Source: Auanema rhodensis (lineage: Eukaryota > Animalia > Nematoda). Taken from it: 64,000 nt of DNA. The stretch lies in NCBI GenBank assembly GCA_964057225.1, contig OZ059899.1, forward strand, positions 4,030,001-4,094,000. The letters are read 5' to 3'. The translations under genes and the position numbers were made by a program. Numbering within the stretch: position 1 is the first letter of the stretch; every line of letters begins with the position of its first letter. A model generated the notes under the pieces. That model was not told where the DNA came from. It made no database searches and saw only the letters and a list, made by a program, of their open reading frames with translations. Of this stretch, positions 38,101 to 53,100 are shown piece after piece.

Positions 38101-41100
38101 TCAATGTAGTATAGTGCATTCGATGCGGATTTTTAAGCTGCGTCGATCTGTGTTATCAGATTTGCGTTAGCTTAAAAATGCACCAAGATATCAACTGATA
38201 TAAGTTCACACTTATATCCTCGATTTTCACCCTGAAGAATTAATTTTTTCGTTGAATAACATTGTCCATCGTCTTTGCCTTGAAAAAAGGAATCTAAAAA
38301 CATCTACTTTTTGCTAAATTATTCCGAAATTTCTCGAAAAAATTTTTGTCAAAATGTTTTTGGAAGCAATGTTGAGTGTACATGGAAACTCAACATACAC
38401 TAATGCATCATTTTTCAAACGATCATAACTAATTTTTGTATTAAGCGTTTCTCAATGTAGTATAGTGCATTCGATGCGGATTTTTAAGCTGCGTCGATCT
38501 GTGTTATCAGATTTGCGCTAGCTTAAAAATGCACCGAGATATCAACTGATATAAGTTCACACTTATATCCTCGATTTTCACCCTGAAGAATTGATTTTTT
38601 CGTTGAATAACATTGTCCATCGTCTTTGCCTTGAAAAATGGAATCTAAAAACATCTACTTTTTGCTAAATTATTTTGAAATTTTTCGAAAAAAGTTTTGT
38701 CAAAATGTTTTTGGAAGCAATGTTGAGTGTACATGGAAACTCAACATACACTAATGCATCATTTTTCAAACGATCATAACTAATTTTTGTATTAAGCGTT
38801 TCTCAATGTAGTATAGTGCATTCGATGCGGATTTTTAAGCTGCGTCGTTCTGTGTTATCAGATTTGCGCTAGCTTAAAAATGCAACGAGATATCAACTGA
38901 TATAAGTTCACACTTATATCCTCGATTTTCACCCTGAAGAATTGATTTTTTCGTTGAATAACATTGTCCATCGTCTTTGCCTTGAAAAAAGGAATCTAAA
39001 AACATCTACTTTTTGCTAAATTATTTTAAAATTTTTCGAAAAAATTTTTGTCAAAATGTTTTTGGAAGCAATGTTGAGTGTACATGGAAACTCAACATAC
39101 ACTAATGCATCATTTTTCAAACGATCATAACTAATTTTTGTATTGAGCATTTCTCAATGTAGTATAGTGCATTCGATGCGGATTTTTAAGCTGCGTCGAT
39201 CTGTGTTATCAGATTTGCGCTAGCTTAAAAATGCGCCGAGATATCAACTGATATAAGTTCACACTTATATCCTCGATTTTCACCCTGAAGAATTAATTTT
39301 TTTCGTTGAATAACATTGTCCATCGTCTTTGCCTTGAAAAAAGGAATCTAAAAACATCTACTTTTTGCTAAATTATTTCGAAATTTCTCGAAAAAATTTT
39401 TGTCAAAATGTTTTTGGAAGCAATGTTGAGTGTACATGGAAACTCAACATACACTAATGCATCATTTTTCAAACGATCATAACTAATTTTTGTATTAAGC
39501 GTTTCTCAATGTAGTATAGTGCATTCGATGCGGATTTTTAAGCTGCGTCGATCTGTGTTATCAGATTTGCGCTAGCTTAAAAATGCACCGAGATATCAAC
39601 TGATATAAGTTCACACTTATATCCTCGATTTTCACCCTGAAGAATTAATTTTTTCGTTGAATAACATTGTCCATCGTCTTTGCCTTGAAAAAAGGAATCT
39701 AAAAACATCTACTTTTTGCTAAATTATTCCGAAATTTCTCGAAAAAATTTTTGTCAAAATGTTTTTGGAAGCAATGTTGAGTGTACATGGAAACTCAACA
39801 TACACTAATGCATCATTTTTCAAACGATCATAACTAATTTTTGTATTTAGCTTTTCTCAATGTAGTATAGTGCATTCGATGCGGATTTTTAAGCTGCGTC
39901 GATCTGTGTTATCAGATTTGCGCTAGCTTAAAAATGCACCGAGATATCAACTGATATAAGTTCACACTTATATCCTCGATTTTCACCCTGAAGAATTGAT
40001 TTTTTCGTTGAATAACATTGTCCATCGTCTTTGCCTTGGAAAATGGAATCTAAAAACATCTACTTTTTGCTAAATTATTTTGAAATTTTTCGAAAAAAGT
40101 TTTGTCAAAATGTTTTTGGAAGCAATGTTGAGTGTACATGGAAACTCAACATACACTAATGCATCATTTTTCAAACGATCATAACTAATTTTTGTATTAA
40201 GCGTTTCTCAATGTAGTATAGTGCATTCGATGCGGATTTTTAAGCTGCGTCGTTCTGTGTTATCAGATTTGCGCTAGCTTAAAAATGCAACGAGATATCA
40301 ACTGATATAAGTTCACACTTATATCCTCGATTTTCACCCTGAAGAATTAATTTTTTCGTTGAATAACATTGTCCATCGTCTTTGCCTTGAAAAAAGAAAT
40401 CTAAAAACATCTACTTTTTGCTAAATTATTTTAAAATTTTTCGAAAAAATTTTTGTCAAAATGTTTTTGGAAGCAATGTTGAGTGTACATGGAAACTCAA
40501 CATACACTAATGCATCATTTTTCAAACGATCATAACTAATTTTTGTATTGAGCATTTCTCAATGTAGTATAGTGCATTCGATGCGGATTTTTAAGCTGCG
40601 TCGTTCTGTGTTATCAGATTTGCGCTAGCTTAAAAATGCAACGAGATATCAACTGATATAAGTTCACACTTATATCCTCGATTTTCACCCTGAAGAATTA
40701 ATTTTTTCGTTGAATAACATTGTCCATCGTCTTTGCCTTGAAAAAAGGAATCTAAAAACATCTACTTTTTGCTAAATTATTCCGAAATTTCTCGAAAAAA
40801 TTTTTGTCAAAATGTTTTTGGAAGCAATGTTGAGTGTACATGGAAACTCAACATACACTAATGCATCATTTTTCAAACGATCATAACTAATTTTTGTATT
40901 AAGCGTTTCTCAATGTAGTATAGTGCATTCGATGCGGATTTTTAAGCTGCGTCGATCTGTGTTATCAGATTTGCGCTAGCTTAAAAATGCACCGAGATAT
41001 CAACTGATATAAGTTCACACTTATATCCTCGATTTTCACCCTGAAGAATTGATTTTTTCGTTGAATAACATTGTCCATCGTCTTTGCCTTGAAAAATGGA

Positions 41101-44100
41101 ATCTAAAAACATCTACTTTTTGCTAAATTATTTTGAAATTTTTCGAAAAAAGTTTTGTCAAAATGTTTTTGGAAGCAATGTTGAGTGTACATGGAAACTC
41201 AACATACACTAATGCATCATTTTTCAAACGATCATAACTAATTTTTGTATTAAGCGTTTCTCAATGTAGTATAGTGCATTCGATGCGGATTTTTAAGCTG
41301 CGTCGTTCTGTGTTATCAGATTTGCGCTAGCTTAAAAATGCAACGAGATATCAACTGATATAAGTTCACACTTATATCCTCGATTTTCACCCTGAAGAAT
41401 TAATTTTTTCGTTGAATAACATTGTCCATCGTCTTTGCCTTGAAAAAAGGAATCTAAAAACATCTACTTTTTGCTAAATTATTTTAAAAGTTTTCGAAAA
41501 AATTTTTGTCAAAATGTTTTTGGAAGCAATGTTGAGTGTACATGGAAACTCAACATACACTAATGCATCATTTTTCAAACGATCATAACTAATTTTTGTA
41601 TTGAGCATTTCTCAATGTAGTATAGTGCATTCGATGCGGATTTTTAAGCTGCGTCGATCTGTGTTATCAGATTTGCGCTAGCTTAAAAATGCAACGAGAT
41701 ATCAACTGATATAAGTTCACACTTATATCCTCGATTTTCACCCTGAAGAATTAATTTTTTCGTTGAATAACATTGTCCATCGTCTTTGCCTTGAAAAAAG
41801 GAATCTAAAAACATCTACTTTTTGCTAAATTATTCCGAAATTTCTCGAAAAAATTTTTGTCAAAATGTTTTTGGAAGCAATGTTGAGTGTACATGGAAAC
41901 TCAACATACACTAATGCATCATTTTTCAAACGATCATAACTAATTTTTGTATTAAGCGTTTCTCAATGTAGTATAGTGCATTCGATGCGGATTTTTAAGC
42001 TGCGTCGATCTGTGTTATCAGATTTGCGCTAGCTTAAAAATGCACCGAGATATCAACTGATATAAGTTCACACTTATATCCTCGATTTTCACCCTGAAGA
42101 ATTGATTTTTTCGTTGAATAACATTGTCCATCGTCTTTGCCTTGAAAAATGGAATCTAAAAACATCTACTTTTTGCTAAATTATTTTGAAATTTTTCGAA
42201 AAAAGTTTTGTCAAAATGTTTTTGGAAGCAATGTTGAGTGTACATGGAAACTCAACATACACTAATGCATCATTTTTCAAACGATCATAACTAATTTTTG
42301 TATTAAGCGTTTCTCAATGTAGTATAGTGCATTCGATGCGGATTTTTAAGCTGCGTCGTTCTGTGTTATCAGATTTGCGCTAGCTTAAAAATGCAACGAG
42401 ATATCAACTGATATAAGTTCACACTTATATCCTCGATTTTCACCCTGAAGAATTAATTTTTTCGTTGAATAACATTGTCCATCGTCTTTGCCTTGAAAAA
42501 AGGAATCTAAAAACATCTACTTTTTGCTAAATTATTTTAAAATTTTTCGAAAAAATTTTTGTCAAAATGTTTTTGGAAGCAATGTTGAGTGTACATGGAA
42601 ACTCAACATACACTAATGCATCATTTTTCAAACGATCATAACTAATTTTTGTATTGAGCATTTCTCAATGTAGTATAGTGCATTCGATGCGGATTTTTAA
42701 GCTGCGTCGATCTGTGTTATCAGATTTGCGCTAGCTTAAAAATGCACCGAGATATCAACTGATATAAGTTCACACTTATATCCTCGATTTTCACCCTGAA
42801 GAATTGATTTTTTCGTTGAATAACATTGTCCATCGTCTTTGCCTTGAAAAATGGAATCTAAAAACATCTACTTTTTGCTAAATTATTTTGAAATTTTTCG
42901 AAAAAAGTTTTGTCAAAATGTTTTTGGAAGCAATGTTGAGTGTACATGGAAACTCAACATACACTAATGCATCATTTTTCAAACGATCATAACTAATTTT
43001 TGTATTAAGCGTTTCTCAATGTAGTATAGTGCATTCGATGCGGATTTTTAAGCTGCGTCGTTCTGTGTTATCAGATTTGCGCTAGCTTAAAAATGCACCG
43101 AGATATCAACTGATATAAGTTCACACTTATATCCTCGATTTTCACCCTGAAGAATTAATTTTTTCGTTGAATAACATTGTCCATCGTCTTTGCCTTGAAA
43201 AATGGAATCTAAAAACATCTACTTTTTGCTAAATTATTTTGAAATTTTTCGAAAAAAGTTTTGTCAAAATGTTTTTGGAAGCAATGTTGAGTGTACATGG
43301 AAACTCAACATACACTAATGCATCATTTTTCAAACGATCATAACTAATTTTTGTATTGAGCATTTCTCAATGCAGTATAGTGCATTCGATGCGGATTTTT
43401 AAGCTGCGTCGATCTGTGTTATCAGATTTGCGCTAGCTTAAAAATGCAACGAGATATCAACTGATATAAGTTCACACTTATATCCTCGATTTTCACCCTG
43501 AAGAATTAATTTTTTCGTTGAATAACATTGTCCATCGTCTTTGCCTTGAAAAAAGGAATCTAAAAACATCTACTTTTTGCTAAATTATTCCGAAATTTCT
43601 CGAAAAAATTTTTGTCAAAATGTTTTTGGAAGCAATGTTGAGTGTACATGGAAACTCAACATACACTAATGCATCATTTTTCAAACGATCATAACTAATT
43701 TTTGTATTAAGCGTTTCTCAATGTAGTATAGTGCATTCGATGCGGATTTTTAAGCTGCGTCGATCTGTGTTATCAGATTTGCGCTAGCTTAAAAATGCAC
43801 CGAGATATCAACTGATATAAGTTCACACTTATATCCTCGATTTTCACCCTGAAGAATTGATTTTTTCGTTGAATAACATTGTCCATCGTCTTTGCCTTGA
43901 AAAATGGAATCTAAAAACATCTACTTTTTGCTAAATTATTTTGAAATTTTTCGAAAAAAGTTTTGTCAAAATGTTTTTGGAAGCAATGTTGAGTGTACAT
44001 GGAAACTCAACATACACTAATGCATCATTTTTCAAACGATCATAACTAATTTTTGTATTAAGCGTTTCTCAATGTAGTATAGTGCATTCGATGCGGATTT

Positions 44101-47100
44101 TTAAGCTGCGTCGTTCTGTGTTATCAGATTTGCGCTAGCTTAAAAATGCAACGAGATATCAACTGATATAAGTTCACACTTATATCCTCGATTTTCACCC
44201 TGAAGAATTAATTTTTTTCGTTGAATAACATTGTCCATCGTCTTTGCCTTGAAAAAAGGAATCTAAAAACATCTACTTTTTGCTAAATTATTTCGAAATT
44301 TCTCGAAAAAATTTTTGTCAAAATGTTTTTGGAAGCAATGTTGAGTGTACATGGAAACTCAACATACACTAATGCATCATTTTTCAAACGATCATAACTA
44401 ATTTTTGTATTAAGCGTTTCTCAATGTAGTATAGTGCATTCGATGCGGATTTTTAAGCTGCGTCGATCTGTGTTATCAGATTTGCGCTAGCTTAAAAATG
44501 CACCGAGATATCAACTGATATAAGTTCACACTTATATCCTCGATTTTCACCCTGAAGAATTAATTTTTTCGTTGAATAGCATTGTCCATCGTCTTTGCCT
44601 TGAAAAAAGGAATCTAAAAACATCTACTTTTTGCTAAATTATTTTAAAATTTTTCGAAAAAATTTTTGTCAAAATGTTTTTGGAAGCAATGTTGAGTGTA
44701 CATGGAAACTCAACATACACTAATGCATCATTTTTCAAACGATCATAACTAATTTTTGTATTAAGCATTTCTCAATGTAGTATAGTGCATTCGATGCGGA
44801 TTTTTTAGCTGCGTCGATCTGTGTTATCAGATTTGCGCTAGCTTAAAAATGCACCAAGATATCAACTGATATAAGTTCACACTTATATCCTCGATTTTCA
44901 CCCTGAAGAATTAATTTTTTCGTTGAATAACATTGTCCATCGTCTTTGCCTTGAAAAAAGGAATCTAAAAACATCTACTTTTTGCTAAATTATTTTAAAA
45001 TTTTTCGAAAAAATTTTTGTCAAAATGTTTTTGGAAGCAATGTTGAGTGTACATGGAAACTCAACATACACTAATGCATCATTTTTCAAACGATCATAAC
45101 TAATTTTTGTATTAAGCATTTCTCAATGTAGTATAGTGCATTCGATGCGGATTTTTAAGCTGCGTCGATCTGTGTTATCAGATTTGCGCTAGCTTAAAAA
45201 TGCACCAAGATATCAACTGATATAAGTTCACACTTATATCCTCGATTTTCACCCTGAAGAATTAATTTTTTCGTTGAATAACATTGTCCATCGTCTTTGC
45301 CTTGAAAAAAGGAATCTAAAAACATCTACTTTTTGCTAAATTATTTCGAAATTTCTCGAAAAAATTTTTGTCAAAATGTTTTTGGAAGCAATGTTGAGTG
45401 TACATGGAAACTCAACATACACTAATGCATCATTTTTCAAACGATCATAACTAATTTTTGTATTAAGCGTTTCTCAATGTAGTATAGTGCATTCGATGCG
45501 GATTTTTAAGCTGCGTCGATCTGTGTTATCAGATTTGCGCTAGCTTAAAAATGCACCGAGATATCAACTGATATAAGTTCACACTTATATCCTCGATTTT
45601 CACCCTGAAGAATTGATTTTTTCGTTGAATAACATTGTCCATCGTCTTTGCCTTGAAAAATGGAATTTAAAAATATCTACTTTTTGCTAAATTATTTTGA
45701 AATTTTTCGAAAAAAGTTTTGTCAAAATGTTTTTGGAAGCAATGTTGAGTGTACATGGAAACTCAACATACACTAATGCATCATTTTTCAAACGATCATA
45801 ACTAATTTTTGTATTAAGCGTTTCTCAATGTAGTATAGTGCATTCGATGCGGATTTTTAAGCTGCGTCGTTCTGTGTTATCAGATTTGCGCTAGCTTAAA
45901 AATGCAACGAGATATCAACTGATATAAGTTCACACTTATATCCTCGATTTTCACCCTGAAGAATTAATTTTTTCGTTGAATAACATTGTCCATCGTCTTT
46001 GCCTTGAAAAAAGGAATCTAAAAACATCTACTTTTTGCTAAATTATTTTGAAATTTTTCGAAAAAAGTTTTGTCAAAATGTTTTTGGAAGCAATGTTGAG
46101 TGTACATGGAAACTCAACATACACTAATGCATCATTTTTCAAACGATCATAACTAATTTTTGTATTAAGCGTTTCTCAATGTAGTATAGTGCATTCGATG
46201 CGGATTTTTAAGCTGCGTCGTTCTGTGTTATCAGATTTGCGCTAGCTTAAAAATGCAACGAGATATCAACTGATATAAGTTCACACTTATATCCTCGATT
46301 TTCACCCTGAAGAATTAATTTTTTCGTTGAATAACATTGTCCATCGTCTTTGCCTTGAAAAAAGGAATCTAAAAACATCTACTTTTTGCTAAATTATTTT
46401 AAAATTTTTCGAAAAAATTTTTGTCAAAATGTTTTTGGAAGCAATGTTGAGTGTACATGAAAACTCAACATACACTAATGCATCATTTTTCAAACGATCA
46501 TAACTAATTTTTGTATTGAGCATTTCTCAATGTAGTATAGTGCATTCGATGCGGATTTTTAAGCTGCGTCGTTCTGTGTTATCAGATTTGCGCTAGCTTA
46601 AAAATGCAACGAGATATCAACTGATATAAGTTCACACTTATATCCTCGATTTTCACCCTGAAGAATTAATTTTTTCGTTGAATAACATTGTCCATCGTCT
46701 TTGCCTTGAAAAAAGGAATCTAAAAACATCTACTTTTTGCTAAATTATTTTAAAATTTTTCGAAAAAATTTTTGTCAAAATGTTTTTGGAAGCAATGTTG
46801 AGTGTACATGGAAACTCAACATACACTAATGCATCATTTTTCAAACGATCATAACTAATTTTTGTATTAAGCATTTCTCAATGTAGTATAGTGCATTCGA
46901 TGCGGATTTTTAAGCTGCGTCGATCTGTGTTATCAGATTTGCGCTAGCTTAAAAATGCACCAAGATATCAACTGATATAAGTTCACACTTATATCCTCGA
47001 TTTTCACCCTGAAGAATTAATTTTTTCGTTGAATAACATTGTCCATCGTCTTTGCCTTGAAAAAAGGAATCTAAAAACATCTACTTTTTGCTAAATTATT

Positions 47101-50100
47101 TCGAAATTTCTCGAAAAAATTTTTGTCAAAATGTTTTTGGAAGCAATGTTGAGTGTACATGGAAACTCAACATACACTAATGCATCATTTTTCAAACGAT
47201 CATAACTAATTTTTGTATTAAGCGTTTCTCAATGTAGTATAGTGCATTCGATGCGGATTTTTAAGCTGCGTCGATCTGTGTTATCAGATTTGCGCTAGCT
47301 TAAAAATGCACCGAGATATCAACTGATATAAGTTCACACTTATATCCTCGATTTTCACCCTGAAGAATTGATTTTTTCGTTGAATAACATTGTCCATCGT
47401 CTTTGCCTTGAAAAATGGAATTTAAAAATATCTACTTTTTGCTAAATTATTTTGAAATTTTTCGAAAAAAGTTTTGTCAAAATGTTTTTGGAAGCAATGT
47501 TGAGTGTACATGGAAACTCAACATACACTAATGCATCATTTTTCAAACGATCATAACTAATTTTTGTATTAAGCGTTTCTCAATGTAGTATAGTGCATTC
47601 GATGCGGATTTTTAAGCTGCGTCGTTCTGTGTTATCAGATTTGCGCTAGCTTAAAAATGCAACGAGATATCAACTGATATAAGTTCACACTTATATCCTC
47701 GATTTTCACCCTGAAGAATTAATTTTTTCGTTGAATAACATTGTCCATCGTCTTTGCCTTGAAAAAAGGAATCTAAAAACATCTACTTTTTGCTAAATTA
47801 TTTTAAAATTTTTCGAAAAAATTTTTGTCAAAATGTTTTTGGAAGCAATGTTGAGTGTACATGGAAACTCAACATACACTAATGCATCATTTTTCAAACG
47901 ATCATAACTAATTTTTGTATTAAGCATTTTTCAATGTAGTATAGTGCATTCGATGCGGATTTTTAAGCTGCGTCGATCTGTGTTATCAGATTTGCGCTAG
48001 CTTAAAAATGCACCAAGATATCAACTGATATAAGTTCACACTTATATCCTCGATTTTCACCCTGAAGAATTAATTTTTTCGTTGAATAACATTGTCCATC
48101 GTCTTTGCCTTGAAAAAAGGAATCTAAAAACATCTACTTTTTGCTAAATTATTCCGAAATTTCTCGAAAAAATTTTTGTCAAAATGTTTTTGGAAGCAAT
48201 GTTGAGTGTACATGGAAACTCAACATACACTAATGCATCATTTTTCAAACGATCATAACTAATTTTTGTATTAAGCGTTTCTCAATGTAGTATAGTGCAT
48301 TCGATGCGGATTTTTAAGCTGCGTCGATCTGTGTTATCAGATTTGCGCTAGCTTAAAAATGCACCGAGATATCAACTGATATAAGTTCACACTTATATCC
48401 TCGATTTTCACCCTGAAGAATTGATTTTTTCGTTGAATAACATTGTCCATCGTCTTTGCCTTGAAAAATGGAATCTAAAAACATCTACTTTTTGCTAAAT
48501 TATTTTGAAATTTTTCGAAAAAAGTTTTGTCAAAATGTTTTTGGAAGCAATGTTGAGTGTACATGGAAACTCAACATACACTAATGCATCATTTTTCAAA
48601 CGATCATAACTAATTTTTGTATTAAGCGTTTCTCAATGTAGTATAGTGCATTCGATGCGGATTTTTAAGCTGCGTCGTTCTGTGTTATCAGATTTGCGCT
48701 AGCTTAAAAATGCAACGAGATATCAACTGATATAAGTTCACACTTATATCCTCGATTTTCACCCTGAAGAATTAATTTTTTCGTTGAATAACATTGTCCA
48801 TCGTCTTTGCCTTGAAAAAAGGAATCTAAAAACATCTACTTTTTGCTAAATTATTTTAAAATTTTTCGAAAAAATTTTTGTCAAAATGTTTTTGGAAGCA
48901 ATGTTGAGTGTACATGAAAACTCAACATACACTAATGCATCATTTTTCAAACGATCATAACTAATTTTTGTATTGAGCATTTCTCAATGTAGTATAGTGC
49001 ATTCGATGCGGATTTTTAAGCTGCGTCGTTCTGTGTTATCAGATTTGCGCTAGCTTAAAAATGCAACGAGATATCAACTGATATAAGTTCACACTTATAT
49101 CCTCGATTTTCACCCTGAAGAATTAATTTTTTCGTTGAATAACATTGTCCATCGTCTTTGCCTTGAAAAAAGGAATCTAAAAACATCTACTTTTTGCTAA
49201 ATTATTTTAAAATTTTTCGAAAAAATTTTTGTCAAAATGTTTTTGGAAGCAATGTTGAGTGTACATGGAAACTCAACATACACTAATGCATCATTTTTCA
49301 AACGATCATAACTAATTTTTGTATTAAGCATTTCTCAATGTAGTATAGTGCATTCGATGCGGATTTTTAAGCTGCGTCGATCTGTGTTATCAGATTTGCG
49401 CTAGCTTAAAAATGCACCAAGATATCAACTGATATAAGTTCACACTTATATCCTCGATTTTCACCCTGAAGAATTAATTTTTTCGTTGAATAACATTGTC
49501 CATCGTCTTTGCCTTGAAAAAAGAAATCTAAAAACATCTACTTTTTGCTAAATTATTCCGAAATTTCTCGAAAAAATTTTTGTCAAAATGTTTTTGGAAG
49601 CAATGTTGAGTGTACATGGAAACTCAACATACACTAATGCATCATTTTTCAAACGATCATAACTAATTTTTGTATTAAGCGTTTCTCAATGTAGTATAGT
49701 GCATTCGATGCGGATTTTTAAGCTGCGTCGATCTGTGTTATCAGATTTGCGCTAGCTTAAAAATGCACCGAGATATCAACTGATATAAGTTCACACTTAT
49801 ATCCTCGATTTTCACCCTGAAGAATTGATTTTTTCGTTGAATAACATTGTCCATCGTCTTTGCCTTGAAAAATGGAATCTAAAAACATCTACTTTTTGCT
49901 AAATTATTTTGAAATTTTTCGAAAAAAGTTTTGTCAAAATGTTTTTGGAAGCAATGTTGAGTGTACATGGAAACTCAACATACACTAATGCATCATTTTT
50001 CAAACGATCATAACTAATTTTTGTATTAAGCGTTTCTCAATGTAGTATAGTGCATTCGATGCGGATTTTTAAGCTGCGTCGTTCTGTGTTATCAGATTTG

Positions 50101-53100
50101 CGCTAGCTTAAAAATGCAACGAGATATCAACTGATATAAGTTCACACTTATATCCTCGATTTTCACCCTGAAGAATTAATTTTTTCGTTGAATAACATTG
50201 TCCATCGTCTTTGCCTTGAAAAAAGGAATCTAAAAACATCTACTTTTTGCTAAATTATTTTAAAATTTTTCGAAAAAATTTTTGTCAAAATGTTTTTGGA
50301 AGCAATGTTGAGTGTACATGGAAACTCAACATACACTAATGCATCATTTTTCAAACGATCATAACTAATTTTTGTATTAAGCGTTTCTCAATGTAGTATA
50401 GTGCATTCGATGCGGATTTTTAAGCTGCGTCGATCTGTGTTATCAGATTTGCGCTAGCTTAAAAATGCACCGAGATATCAACTGATATAAGTTCACACTT
50501 ATATCCTCGATTTTCACCCTGAAGAATTAATTTTTTCGTTGAATAACATTGTCCATCGTCTTTGCCTTGAAAAAAGGAATCTAAAAACATCTACTTTTTG
50601 CTAAATTATTTTGAAATTTTTCGAAAAAATTTTTGTCAAAATGTTTTTGGAAGCAATGTTGAGTGTACATGGAAACTCAACATACACTAATGCATCATTT
50701 TTCAAACGATCATAACTAATTTTTGTATTAAGCATTTCTCAATGTAGTATAGTGCATTCGATGCGGATTTTTAAGCTGCGTCGATCTGTGTTATCAGATT
50801 TGCGCTAGCTTAAAAATGCACCAAGATATCAACTGATATAAGTTCACACTTATATCCTCGATTTTCACCCTGAAGAATTAATTTTTTCGTTGAATAACAT
50901 TGTCCATCGTCTTTGCCTTGAAAAAAGGAATCTAAAAACATCTACTTTTTGCTAAATTATTTTGAAATTTTTCGAAAAAATTTTTGTCAAAATGTTTTTG
51001 GAAGCAATGTTGAGTGTACATGGAAACTCAACATACACTAATGCATCATTTTTCAAACGATCATAACTAATTTTTGTATTAAGCGTTTCTCAATGTAGTA
51101 TAGTGCATTCGATGCGGATTTTTAAGCTGCGTCGATCTGTGTTATCAGATTTGCGCTAGCTTAAAAATGCACCAAGATATCAACTGATATAAGTTCACAC
51201 TTATATCCTCGATTTTCACCCTGAAGAATTAATTTTTTCGTTGAATAACATTGTCCATCGTCTTTGCCTTGAAAAATGGAATCTAAAAACATCTACTTTT
51301 TGCTAAATTATTTTGAAATTTTTCGAAAAAATTTTTGTCAAAATGTTTTTGGAAGCAATGTTGAGTGTACATGGAAACTCAACATACACTAATGCATCAT
51401 TTTTCAAACGATCATAACTAATTTTTGTATCAAGCATTTCTCAATGTAGTATAGTGCATTCGATGCGGATTTTTAAGCTGCGTCGATCTGTGTTATCAAA
51501 TTTGCGCTAGCTTAAAAATGCACCAAGATATCAACTGATATAAGTTCACACTTATATCCTCGATTTTCACCCTGAAGAATTAATTTTTTCGTTGAATAAC
51601 ATTGTCCATCGTCTTTGCCTTGAAAAAAGGAATCTAAAAACATCTACTTTTTGCTAAATTATTTTGAAATTTCTCGAAAAAATTTTTGTCAAAATGTTTT
51701 TGGAAGCAATGTTGAGTGTACATGGAAAGTCAACATACACTAATGCATCATTTATCAAACGATCATAACTAATTTTTGTATTAAGCATTTCTCAATGTAG
51801 TATAGTGCATTCGATGCGGATTTTTAAGCTGCGTCGATCTGTGTTATCAGATTTGCGCTAGCTTAAAAAAGCACCAAGATATCAACTGATATAAGTTCAC
51901 ACTTATATCCTCGATTTTCACCCTGAAGAATTAATTTTTTCGTTGAATAACATTGTCCATCGTCTTTGCCTTGAAAAAAGGAATCTAAAAACATCTACTT
52001 TTTGCTAAATTATTTTGAAATTTCTCGAAAAAATTTTTGTCAAAATGTTTTTGGAAGCAATGTTGAGTGTACATGGAAACTCAACATACACTAATGCATC
52101 ATTTTTCAAACGATCATAACTAATTTTTGTATTAAGCGTTTCTCAATGTAGTATAGTGCATTCGATGCGAATTTTTAAGCTGCGTCGATCTGTGTTATCA
52201 GATTTGCGCTAGCTTAAAAATGCACCGAGATATCAACTGATATAAGTTCACACTTATATCCTCGATTTTCACCCTGAAGAATTAATTTTTTCGTTGAATA
52301 ACATTGTCCATCGTCTTTGCCTTGAAAAATGGAATCTAAAAACATCTACTTTTTGCTAAATTATTTTGAAATTTTTCGAAAAAATTTTTGTCAAAATGTT
52401 TTTGGAAGCAATGTTGAGTGTACATGGAAACTCAACATACACTAATGCATCATTTTTCAAACGATCATAACTAATTTTTGTATTAAGCATTTCTCAATGT
52501 AGTATAGTGCATTCGATGCGGATTTTTAAGCTGCGTCGATCTGTGTTATCAGATTTGCGCTAGCTTAAAAATGCACCAAGATATCAACTGATATAAGTTC
52601 ACACTTATATCCTCGATTTTCACCCTGAAGAATTAATTTTTTCGTTGAATAACATTGTCCATCGTCTTTGCCTTGAAAAAAGGAATCTAAAAACATCTAC
52701 TTTTTGCTAAATTATTTTGAAATTTTTCGAAAAAATTTTTGTCAAAATGTTTTTGGAAGCAATGTTGAGTGTACATGGAAACTCAACATACACTAATGCA
52801 TCATTTTTCAAACGATCATAACTAATTTTTGTATTAAGCGTTTCTCAATGTAGTATAGTGCATTCGATGCGGATTTTTAAGCTGCGTCGATCTGTGTTAT
52901 CAGATTTGCGCTAGCTTAAAAATGCACCGAGATATCAACTGATATAAGTTTACACTTATATCCTCGATTTTCACCCTGAAGAATTAATTTTTTCGTTGAA
53001 TAACTTTGTCCATCGTCTTTGCCTTGAAAAAAGGAATCTAAAAACATCTACTTTTCGCTAAATTATTTTGAAATTTTTCGAAAAAATTTTTGTCAAAATG

